64,000 nucleotides of DNA from an uncultured archaeon (GTDB taxonomy: Archaea > Asgardarchaeota > Lokiarchaeia > Sigyniarchaeales > SOKP01). The stretch covers positions 96,001-160,000 of the forward strand of contig CAZALK010000012.1 of NCBI GenBank assembly GCA_964486045.1, given 5' to 3'. Below, piece by piece: positions 9,102 to 17,261 of this stretch. Made by a program: the position numbers and the translations under genes. The notes under the pieces are model-generated. The model worked only from the letters and a program-made list of their open reading frames with translations, was not told where the DNA came from and did not search any database. The first letter of the stretch is position 1, and each line of letters begins with the position of its first letter.

Positions 9102-10652
9102 TTAAGAATTGAAAATCTTACCAGATTTTTGTTCTTCCTCTTCTCTTAATGGTTGTTTCTGAATTTTTCCTGTTGATGTTGTCTGCAATGTATCTCTAAA
9201 TTCCACATCTTTTGGAATCTTGAAATCCGCTAAATTTTTTTTGCAGAATTCTATGATTTCTTCAGCAGACGCGGTTGTCCCTTCCTTCAATACAACAAAA
9301 GCTTTCGGAAGTTCGCCATATATCTTATCTCGCACTCCAATCACTGTTGCTAGCGATACAGATGGATGTGAATAAAGAACCTCTTCAATTTCTCTTGGAT
9401 ATATATTTTCACCACCCCTAATTATCATATCTTTTTTACGATCTGTTATGAAGAAGAATCCATCTTCGTCCATATGACCAATATCTCCTGTATATAGCCA
9501 TCCATCTTTAAGTGTTTTAGCGTTTGCTTCAGGGTTCTTGAAGTACTCCTTCATTACGTTATCGCCTTTAACAAGAATCTCCCCTTTAGTATTTGAAGGT
9601 AGATCATTACTTTTTTCATCTACAATTTTCATTTCATTACCCGGTATAGGTAATCCAATACTTCCTATTTTACGTCTATCTTCTGATTCCGTTGGTAAGG
9701 GATTTACAGAAGAAACACAGGTACCTTCTGTAAGACCAAAACCTTCAACAATTTTACAATTAAATGTTGCTTCGAATTCTTTAAATACTTCAATTGGGAG
9801 TGGTGCGGCTCCACAAATCACAAATTTTAAAGAAGACAAATCTAAATTTTCATGTGGCATTTTAAGTAAGATAGAAAGCACTGTCGGAACAGCACTGAAA
9901 GTTGAAGCTTTATACTTAGCTACCGTTTCCCAGTGAGTTTTGGCTGAAAAACCAGGAGTTAAAATACAGCTAGCTCCTGCTAAGAGAGGAGTCATAACAG
10001 TCACAATTTGAGCGTTCACATGGAATAATGGTAAAATTAGCATGAATCGAAAGTCTTTGCTAGCTTTTAAGAAATCTTGTAACATTTCAGCATTTCTACG
10101 TATATTGAAATGAGTTTGCAATACACCTTTTGGAAAGCCAGTTGTTCCAGAAGTATAGAGGATTGCAGCTATATCTTCTTTCTCGTTAATCTCTACTTTA
10201 GGTGGAGCTTGACTTGATGCGTTTTCCATCAAGTTCCAAAAGTTAAGGCTTTTCCCCTCATAATCCCCTATAACTATTATATTTTTCAGATCGGGGAGAT
10301 CATTCTTTATCTCATTAACTGCTTCCATGAATTGAGGAATAGTGACAATAGCTTTAGCTTCAGAATGACCCACAACAAATTTTACTTCTCGTGGTTTAAA
10401 TAATGCATTTACAGGACCAGTCACTGCACCAATTTTAGGAATTCCTAAGTAAAGGTACACAAATTCTGGCATATTTGGTAGATAAACACTTACTTTATCT
10501 CCTTTTCTTATACCTAAATCGTATAACAAGTTTGCTACTTTATTTGAAAGTTCATTCAGTTGCTTAAAAGATACTGTTTCATCTTCCCAATATAAAAATA
10601 CTTTATCTCCATGTGTTTCCGCTTGCTTTTCAACAAACTCTCTTAAGTTCAT
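9102..10652 (-). CDS. Long-chain fatty acid-CoA ligase (ANL adenylation family)
   Basis: YTSGTTGFPKG, GFGLTE, TGDIG, DRKKDMIIRGGENIYPREIE, GKIQK. Confidence 0.93.
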   Translation of the reverse strand: MNLREFVEKQAETHGDKVFLYWEDETVSFKQLNELSNKVANLLYDLGIRKGDKVSVYLPNMPEFVYLYLGIPKIGAVTGPVNALFKPREVKFVVGHSEAKAIVTIPQFMEAVNEIKNDLPDLKNIIVIGDYEGKSLNFWNLMENASSQAPPKVEINEKEDIAAILYTSGTTGFPKGVLQTHFNIRRNAEMLQDFLKASKDFRFMLILPLFHVNAQIVTVMTPLLAGASCILTPGFSAKTHWETVAKYKASTFSAVPTVLSILLKMPHENLDLSSLKFVICGAAPLPIEVFKEFEATFNCKIVEGFGLTEGTCVSSVNPLPTESEDRRKIGSIGLPIPGNEMKIVDEKSNDLPSNTKGEILVKGDNVMKEYFKNPEANAKTLKDGWLYTGDIGHMDEDGFFFITDRKKDMIIRGGENIYPREIEEVLYSHPSVSLATVIGVRDKIYGELPKAFVVLKEGTTASAEEIIEFCKKNLADFKIPKDVEFRDTLQTTSTGKIQKQPLREEEEQKSGKIFNS

Positions 10653-10831
10653 ATTCCTTCCCTCTTTTCCAAATTTATAAAATTTCTGTTTAATTAAAAT
10701 TTAAATCATGAATACCTTTAATTCTAACTGAAAATTCAAGATGCTATAATTTTTACTAATAATTTTTATATTAGTTAAAGAGTTTTTTATCATATTGTTT
10801 TTTCTATAAAACTCACGTATTTAGTAATTTT

Positions 10832-11128
10832 ATGAGATCTCGAAAGCCTTTCTTAATTTTTTGGCCTCAATACTTTGACGGGAAGAGAAGTCGAAGTAAA
10901 GGGAGAAGATTACCAAAAAAATTTGCTATAGAAAAAGTCACTACCAGTGATATTGCCAAAGCAGCTAAGAATATAGGATATAATGCTGTTATTGAACAAG
11001 GATATAAATATTCTAGGACATGGTGGGATGACCCTGGTAGGGTCGTTATGGATGCAAAAGGAAAAAAAAAATCTAAAATTTTGCTTGAACTTGCCAAAGA
11101 ACTTAGAAAAATACAATCAAAAACATAA
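10832..11128 (+). CDS. srp19: Signal recognition particle 19 kDa protein
   Basis: IFWPQYFD..SRSKGRRLPK and YSRTWW..GRV motifs. Confidence 0.9.
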   Translation: MRSRKPFLIFWPQYFDGKRSRSKGRRLPKKFAIEKVTTSDIAKAAKNIGYNAVIEQGYKYSRTWWDDPGRVVMDAKGKKKSKILLELAKELRKIQSKT

Positions 11129-11138
11129 TTGATTTATC

Positions 11139-11507
11139 ATGCATGAATTTTCATTTGCCTATAACATCTTTCAAGTAGCTGAAGCCACAGCAATAAAGAA
11201 TAACGCCAAAAAAATAACTGAAGTTCTTTTAGAAATTGGAGAATTAACACTTATTGTACCAGAATTACTTCAACGTTCTTTTGAGATGGCTACTAAAGGT
11301 TCAATTGCCGAGGGAGCTAAATTAACAATTCAAATAACCCCAGGTAAAATTAAATGTAAGGAATGTGGTAAAGAATCTCCTGTCTCCTTAACAGAGGAAG
11401 CTCAATTAACAGGATTACAATTATTCCAGTGTTCTCATTGCGAAAGTAATAATACCGAGATAGTCGAAGGAAAAAAAGCTAATGTTAAAAATATTAAAAT
11501 ATTGTGA
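11139..11507 (+). CDS. hypA: Hydrogenase nickel metallochaperone HypA
   Basis: N-terminal MHE, GELT, two CxxC (CKEC, CSHC). Confidence 0.93.
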   Translation: MHEFSFAYNIFQVAEATAIKNNAKKITEVLLEIGELTLIVPELLQRSFEMATKGSIAEGAKLTIQITPGKIKCKECGKESPVSLTEEAQLTGLQLFQCSHCESNNTEIVEGKKANVKNIKIL

Positions 11508-11532
11508 AAAATGGTAAAATAAGTCGACTTAA

Positions 11533-12417
11533 TTATTTTTTAGCATAAACATTTCCAATCCCAAACCATTCTCCTTCAAAAGGTAATAGGTCCAATTCAT
11601 TTTTTTGACCAATGCTTTCATCTATCATCTTAAAAACGGCTTCATTAAATCCTGCATCTTTATGGAATTTTGTTACTTCATTTACTAACAAGAATTTGTC
11701 AAATCCTTCCAAATCTTGATCACCGAAAAACTCTCTCAATTTTTTAAAACCATTAGAATTTTCTTCAATAATAATCGTACTATTTAAAAAATTCTGATTA
11801 TGTTTTAAAACTCGATAAGTTTCTTTCAAAGCTTTAGGAATTAGTTCTCTCATATTAGAAATTCCCATGAATGATAATGCTAAATCATAGCTGTTTTCTA
11901 AAAATGGCAGATTAGTGGCATCACAAGATACAAAACTAACTTTAATTTTAGGTTTATGTTTTTGAATCTTTTTTCTATCAGCCTGTAGAACGACATAACT
12001 GAGGTCAGTACATACTAAATGAGACTCGTATTTTAACTCTTTTGCTAATTCGTTTAATAACATGCCCCTCCCTGTTGCTATATCAATAACGATTTCAGGC
12101 TTGTTTAAATTGAGATAATCTATAATATCTTCTATAGTTTTTAGAATAAGTTCTTGCTGATTTCCTGGAGTTTTACTTAAAATCATCTCATCAAATTCTT
12201 CAAATGACATCTCTTTAGTCAACTCACTCCACCTATTAACAGTTTCTTGTTCTTCTACTCTAAAATCTAAAACTCCATCTCTTATCTCCCAAAGTTCGTC
12301 ACATCTGCATTTCAATCTTCCATCTATTATTTCACCATTGTCTAGTACTGAATCTACAAGATGTAATGATTTATTACAATTAGGACACTTAAGCAATGCA
12401 ATTATTTCTCTATACAT
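11533..12417 (-). CDS. Class I SAM-dependent methyltransferase with N-terminal Trm112-like Zn module
   Basis: LLKCPNC...LKC..GVLDF N-terminus, DIATGRG motif I, DATNLPF, ETYRVLK. Confidence 0.8.
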   Translation of the reverse strand: MYREIIALLKCPNCNKSLHLVDSVLDNGEIIDGRLKCRCDELWEIRDGVLDFRVEEQETVNRWSELTKEMSFEEFDEMILSKTPGNQQELILKTIEDIIDYLNLNKPEIVIDIATGRGMLLNELAKELKYESHLVCTDLSYVVLQADRKKIQKHKPKIKVSFVSCDATNLPFLENSYDLALSFMGISNMRELIPKALKETYRVLKHNQNFLNSTIIIEENSNGFKKLREFFGDQDLEGFDKFLLVNEVTKFHKDAGFNEAVFKMIDESIGQKNELDLLPFEGEWFGIGNVYAKK

Positions 12418-12548
12418 TTAATTTCCCTTTCAAATTTTATTGAATTTATCAATCAGGAATATACCAAACTTAACTTCAAAGCTAATTGACTGAAATACTT
12501 CCTTTCCTTATTACTACATAGATTATCTAAAAAAGAAGAAATTGATCT

Positions 12549-12932
12549 TTAAGTTGAAATTAACACACCGTTAATATCACCATGTTGACCAGGGCGGCTT
12601 GTTATTTTTGCATTACCTAATTCAGTCTCAACTATCGCTCCTTTTGTTAGGATATGCCTTCTATTCAAATCCTTTGAAGCAATGTTATTTTCAAAACCCA
12701 TAATCCTAACTTTAGATGTTTTATTTGTATTAGGGTCTGTTACATTTATAGAATTAGTGGAAAATAATCTAATTTTCATGTTACCACCCAATGTCCTCTG
12801 CTTCTTCTTCTTTTCCTCCCCGATAACCGTATCTATTGTAGGGCGATGAAGTTCTCTTTTCCTTTTCTTCCTAAAGTGTCTGTATTTTTTCCCTGTATAT
12901 TTTCTCTTACTTCTAGCTGAACTTCGTGCCAT
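12549..12932 (-). CDS. rps8e: 30S ribosomal protein S8e (eS8)
   Basis: KRKYTG..RKKRKREL, RTLGGN, TKGAIVETELG.AKITSRPGQHG. Confidence 0.97.
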   Translation of the reverse strand: MARSSARSKRKYTGKKYRHFRKKRKRELHRPTIDTVIGEEKKKKQRTLGGNMKIRLFSTNSINVTDPNTNKTSKVRIMGFENNIASKDLNRRHILTKGAIVETELGNAKITSRPGQHGDINGVLIST

Positions 12933-13114
12933 GAAAAATTTACCAAATTCAATACAATTTAATAGGTTAGTTAAGAAAGGGTATCTTTAAAATTTTTTTA
13001 AAAAACGAACTAAATTATGTTTTATTAAGGAAAAATAAATATAGAAATAATTTTTATCTATTATAATAAATCAATCTTTAGTTATTGATTATAGTAGAAA
13101 TTGCTATTACAAAA

Positions 13115-13756
13115 ATGATAAATAATAATTTGAATCATCGAATTATCGATGAAAAAACGCTTGAAAAAGCTTTTCAAACCGGTACAACAACAGTAGGGAT
13201 AATTGTAAAAGAGGGGGTAGTTATTGGAACTGAAAGCCAGGCTTCGGCAGGTTTTCTAGTTGCCTCAAAGCAAGCACAGAAATTATTTGAAATAAATCAA
13301 TTTACTGCGGCTACAATTGCTGGCGGTGTAGCAGACTGTCAGTACGTAATTAATCAGCTCAAAGCTTTATCTCGCTTAAAAGAAGTAGAGGAGGAGGTGG
13401 TACCCGAGCCTAAATACATTGCGAGTGTTTGTCGTAATATACTTTTTAGCGGTCGAAGTTTTTTCATGAGCATGATGATAGTCGGTGGTTATTCACAAAA
13501 GGGACAATCAGGAATGTTGACAGGTATAGACATGTTAGGAACCTTGTATGAAGAGGACAGCTTTATATCTTTTGGAAGTGGTTCACCCTTTTCTCTAGGC
13601 GTGTTGGAGGCTGATTGGAAACCAAACATGTCTAAAACAGAAGGTGTTGAACTCATCAAAACAGCAATCTCAACTTCGAGAGAACGAGATGCTGGTTCTG
13701 GTTTTAAAATCCAACTTTGCACAATTAATAAAAATGGTTTCAAACAGGTTGAATAA
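13115..13756 (+). CDS. psmB: Proteasome beta subunit
   Basis: Propeptide then TG|TTTVG Ntn nucleophile, AGGVADCQ, GSGS, RDAGSG. ATG at 13115 preferred over TTG at 13085. Confidence 0.93.
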   Translation: MINNNLNHRIIDEKTLEKAFQTGTTTVGIIVKEGVVIGTESQASAGFLVASKQAQKLFEINQFTAATIAGGVADCQYVINQLKALSRLKEVEEEVVPEPKYIASVCRNILFSGRSFFMSMMIVGGYSQKGQSGMLTGIDMLGTLYEEDSFISFGSGSPFSLGVLEADWKPNMSKTEGVELIKTAISTSRERDAGSGFKIQLCTINKNGFKQVE

Positions 13757-13834
13757 TTGCATTTTTGAAATTCCTTAGGAATATTCAAAATTTTATTTAG
13801 ATAAATTTTTAGTAGAATCAACTACATCTTTGCT

Positions 13835-14350
13835 CTAGCTGACTTTTAGTTGAATTTGTTGAATCTCTTCTTCCAAATAAATAAATCCATTTATTTCAAA
13901 ATTACTTCCATCCATTATCGTCCAAATTTGATTTTTAAAGGGTACTTTCGTCATCAGGGATGAGTTTAACACAGTTTCGTAAAAATCATCTAAATATTCC
14001 ATATAATTGACATCAAATCCACTTGGATATGACCCAACGGGGTGGGAATGAAAAATACTTAAAACTCGTCTTTTATATTTTTCATTAGCATTTTTCATTA
14101 TCCTGTATAATTCTTCAATATTTTCCATTAAGAAATTAACTGGGGAGCTTTGATCTGATCTAATGCACTCAATGATCTCCCCAAAGTAGTGATATTGATA
14201 TTTTCCGGGATTATCTAAGATGATTTCTTTTGGTTGAGGTCCTAAAATCAACCCAAAAGCTTCATTAGGACTAGCATTTTGAACACAACCCTTCATATTT
14301 CCATAAATTTCTGGATCAATATAGAAAACTATATCTTTTTGATATTTCAT
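13835..14350 (-). CDS. JAMM/MPN+ (Mov34) metalloprotease
   Basis: PNEAFG Glu plus FHSHP..SYPSGFD (HxH-x7-S-xx-D). Confidence 0.88.
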   Translation of the reverse strand: MKYQKDIVFYIDPEIYGNMKGCVQNASPNEAFGLILGPQPKEIILDNPGKYQYHYFGEIIECIRSDQSSPVNFLMENIEELYRIMKNANEKYKRRVLSIFHSHPVGSYPSGFDVNYMEYLDDFYETVLNSSLMTKVPFKNQIWTIMDGSNFEINGFIYLEEEIQQIQLKVS

Positions 14351-14375
14351 TTTTTTTCGATTCTTATATTAAATT

Positions 14376-15059
14376 TTATATTAGGGTTAGAGCCGCATTA
14401 AGAGTTGCAATTCTCGCTTTTTGAGGACTATCTCCAGAACCAATTGCAACTACATCATTGTTTTCTAATTTAACCTTTCTCTCAGTCAATTTAGATTCAA
14501 AGTATTTTTGGAGTTCTTTATTTACTATCGAGTCATTATTACTAATTCCAGAATAAGATTTTGATGGAAAAATTAGATTTTTTCCACTATAAACTAAACA
14601 TGTTGCTCCAAAACCATTTATTTTGATTGCTGCGTCTCTTTGATTGATACCATCAGTTATTTTATGACTTGCATTTTTCACTAAACAAAAATATACTGAT
14701 GTTTCTTCAGGTTCAACAATTATATCCTTAAGCACAGAAGATTCTCCTCTTTCGATTATAGGAATAATTGTTTTTATTTTTTCTAAATATTTTAATCCCA
14801 ATTCAGTTAAAACGTGCCCCTTTCTTTTTGTCTCAACAACTACAGCAACAAAATTTTTTTTCTCATTTAGTTTCTTAATTAATGACTTTGCAGTTCCTTC
14901 ACCAATCATTAATTCTTTTTGTAAGCGGTATCTTCCAATACCTTCCGGATTTTCACCAAATATAAATAAAGCTAATATAACATGAACTCTCTCAAATGAT
15001 GGTTTAATTGTAGAACTCTCGAATAGCGAATCTAATTCTTCAAACATCAATGCACTCAT
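14376..15059 (-). CDS. Winged-helix protein, DUF4443-like
   Basis: IGRYRLQKELMIGEGTAKSL wHTH, KGHVLT wing, GINQRDAA motif. Confidence 0.65.
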   Translation of the reverse strand: MSALMFEELDSLFESSTIKPSFERVHVILALFIFGENPEGIGRYRLQKELMIGEGTAKSLIKKLNEKKNFVAVVVETKRKGHVLTELGLKYLEKIKTIIPIIERGESSVLKDIIVEPEETSVYFCLVKNASHKITDGINQRDAAIKINGFGATCLVYSGKNLIFPSKSYSGISNNDSIVNKELQKYFESKLTERKVKLENNDVVAIGSGDSPQKARIATLNAALTLI

Positions 15060-15185
15060 GAATATGTAAGTAATTAAAGTAAAAAAATTAATATTAAAAA
15101 ATATAAATCAAGTTGTCATATTATTATTTATCGAAAATTTAGAAATTCAAGTTGTATTTAATAATTAACATCATCCTCATTTAAA

Positions 15186-16175
15186 ATGAAGGAAAAAAAG
15201 GATGGAACAAATCCCGATCAGACACAAGATCTAGTTATTTTCAAAAGGAAAGAAGAGCGGGAAAGTAAAGATCTCCCTAAATTTACTTTTGAGGCAATCG
15301 ATCAAGAGGACAAAATAAGACTATTAAATGAGTTTAAACCTTACGGTGGGCATTATGTGCTTTCAATTCAACTATTGAATGAAAGTTTAGCACCAATATC
15401 AGAAGTAAAAATTAAAATTAGGTATTCAAATTTCTTAAAACTAACAAGAAGTTACCCGCCTACCATATACATTTCAGAACCGATTGAGGAAGTGGAAACA
15501 TCTAAATTAGTTCTCGAATTTGACGAACTAAATGAAAGAAGCAAAAAGCAACTTAACTTACACTTTACCCCACTCTCATTAGGTAATGAAGGAGAGATAA
15601 GAACGATTGTTACCTATGTAAATAATAAAGATTTTGTTCGAGTCTTAAATTCAGACCCAGTTACTATTACATTAGATAAAATAACCATTAATCCTAAGAT
15701 AATTCCAAGCTCATATGTCAGAGAATTTTCACAAATTCCCCGTATGAAAAGAGCCGTTAAAAGCTTAGGGATTGGAACACGAGGAAAAAATGATCCCGAT
15801 TTATATTTCAAACTATTAGAACAGGTATTCCTTAGGAACAGTCTTCAATTAATAACTAAAGATCCTGAAAAAAAAATTCTATGGTATTTTGGATCTGATT
15901 TAGAATCGAGAGACGATGTATTAATAATTGGAAAAACCGGGGCAAATAAAGTAAAAATAATCGGTACCTCAAAAAATCATCATGTTCTTATTTCATTTTT
16001 AACATCATTTTCCAATGAATTTAAAGAGCATCTTTTGATAAGTGGAATCGTAAGCAGCCTTGATGACATATATGATTTAGAATGCAAGTATTGTGGGACG
16101 ATTCTCCCTTATTTCCCTAAAAAAGGTGAAGAAGTTCAATGCTCTAAATGCAAATATGAACAACTTTTATGGTAG
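15186..16175 (+). CDS. Hypothetical protein, beta-rich with C-terminal zinc ribbon
   Basis: CKYCG...CSKCKY at the C-terminus. The N-terminal part has an alternating beta-strand pattern. Confidence 0.7.
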   Translation: MKEKKDGTNPDQTQDLVIFKRKEERESKDLPKFTFEAIDQEDKIRLLNEFKPYGGHYVLSIQLLNESLAPISEVKIKIRYSNFLKLTRSYPPTIYISEPIEEVETSKLVLEFDELNERSKKQLNLHFTPLSLGNEGEIRTIVTYVNNKDFVRVLNSDPVTITLDKITINPKIIPSSYVREFSQIPRMKRAVKSLGIGTRGKNDPDLYFKLLEQVFLRNSLQLITKDPEKKILWYFGSDLESRDDVLIIGKTGANKVKIIGTSKNHHVLISFLTSFSNEFKEHLLISGIVSSLDDIYDLECKYCGTILPYFPKKGEEVQCSKCKYEQLLW

Positions 16176-16689
16176 CTATTTTATTACAGTTGGTTTTCTT
16201 ATTATTGGTAATGTTTATCCATGTCTTTTACTATAAAATTAAAAATAATAGTTAATTTAACTTAAATCAAGAATTAATTACAAAATTTCCTTTATTTTAC
16301 CCAATCCCCTATATTATTAAAATTAAGTTTAAAATTACTAACTATTCAAAATTGCAAAAACTCATAGTGTTACGTCTCAGATTTTGATCGAATTTTTTAA
16401 TTGTTCAAAGAGTTTCTCAATTTAATTCATTCTGAGGAAATTCTGAGACTTTTGATGATTTAAATCTTGGAATCCAACTAAAATTGCCTATCCATAAAAA
16501 GAACCTAACTTGCACGAGATTGATCAATTTCATAATTTCGAATTTTGTCGTTCAATTTTTTTTATTTTTATCCCAACAAAAGCATGAGAATATCAAAATC
16601 TTTAAATATCCAAAAGATCAATATCTATATAATAAATTCTTTAAAAATAACAAAAATTAACAAAAAGTATCACTACAAAATAAATAATT

Positions 16690-16694
16690 GGAGG
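16690..16694 (+). promoter_or_regulatory. Shine-Dalgarno-like GGAGG upstream of the histone ATG
   Basis: GGAGG lies 8 nt before the ATG at 16703. Confidence 0.6.
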
Positions 16695-16702
16695 AATAAA
16701 AA

Positions 16703-16978
16703 ATGGCTGGATCAGATTACATTTCTTGGTCACCAATAAGACGTCTCATGAAGCACAACGGGGCTGTAAGTCAATAAACCTCTTTTTGACTGGCTAAAAT
16801 CGTTGCGCGAGATGCCGTTAATGAGTTAGTTGATTGGATGGGTCAATCAGCAGAAACACTCACAAAAACCGCGTTAACTTTAACTAAACACTCTAAAATT
16901 CTTATAGGATTCCTATAAAAATAGGAAAGAAAGAAAGTAACGCGTAATGACATCTTATTGGCCATCAAGTATTTTTAA
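16703..16978 (+). CDS. Archaeal histone (71 aa), split by two 30-nt BHB introns; exons 16703-16767, 16798-16897, 16928-16978
   Basis: Spliced product MAGSDYISWSPIRRLMKHNGAVIVARDAVNELVDWMGQSAETLTKTALTLTKHSKRKKVTRNDILLAIKYF is a complete histone fold (PIRRL, GA.IV..DA, H.KRK.V...DI.LA). Each insert has two in-frame stops and a BHB fold. Confidence 0.88.
16768..16797 (+). other. Putative mRNA intron 1 (BHB), 30 nt
   Basis: Central helix GGCU/GGCU, 5' bulge GU|A, inner stem AGUCAA/UUGACU, 3' bulge AA|A(A), outer stem CAACG/CGUUG. In-frame TAA and TGA. Confidence 0.8.
16898..16927 (+). other. Putative mRNA intron 2 (BHB), 30 nt
   Basis: Central helix UCUA/UAGG, bulges AA|A and AA|A, inner stem UUCUUAUAGG/CCUAUAAAAA, distal outer pairing GCGUU..ACUUU/AAAGU.AACGC. 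In-frame TAA and TAG. Confidence 0.82.
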
Positions 16979-16987
16979 AGGGATTTT

Positions 16988-17053
16988 TGAATTAGGTAAT
17001 TTACTTAATTCATTAAAATATCTAATACTCTTTTTTTTATCTTCTTTTTTTTC
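16988..17053 (+). terminator. Hairpin plus oligo-T tracts downstream of the histone gene
   Basis: TGAATTAGGTA-ATT-TACTTAATTCA (11-bp stem), then T8 tracts at about 17030-17052. Confidence 0.5.
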
Positions 17054-17098
17054 AAAATTTAATCCTAAATAGATCATTTTATCGTTCTGTTTGAATTT

Positions 17099-17251
17099 AT
17101 GCTTATAGTACTTAATCTCTGTATAGGGTGCGGGGTTTGCGCTTCTAATTGTCCGTCTGGAGCAATTATGCTAGAAAAGGTTCTAGATAATATCCCTGCT
17201 AGAAATCAAACAGAAATGAGAATAAAATATATGGAAGAGAGAGTTTATTAA
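17099..17251 (+). CDS. 50-aa ORF with a single 4Fe-4S motif; mini-ferredoxin or C-terminal remnant
   Basis: MLIVLNLCIGCGVCASNCPSGAIMLEKV... contains CxxCxxCxxxCP. Too short for the ORF track. Confidence 0.55.
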   Translation: MLIVLNLCIGCGVCASNCPSGAIMLEKVLDNIPARNQTEMRIKYMEERVY

Positions 17252-17261
17252 AGCTCTTTTT

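Noticed and set aside
16374-16449. GTCTCAGA...TCTGAGAC inverted repeat in the gap upstream of the histone
   Set aside because: Only 8 bp with no convincing internal structure, C/D box order or transposon hallmarks.
16545-16739. 64-aa ORF from the ORF track
   Set aside because: Low-complexity AT-rich frame overlapping the histone start in another frame.
16766-16797. GTAAGT at the 5' edge of histone insert 1 matches the spliceosomal donor consensus
   Set aside because: No AG acceptor at a frame-restoring position, insert 2 lacks GT-AG ends, and BHB geometry explains both inserts. Treated as coincidence.
16703-16978. Histone locus as a simple pseudogene or stop-codon read-through gene
   Set aside because: All four stops (TAA, TGA, TAA, TAG) lie within the two structured inserts and the exons are intact. 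Mixed stop types argue against recoding. Not formally excluded without RNA data.
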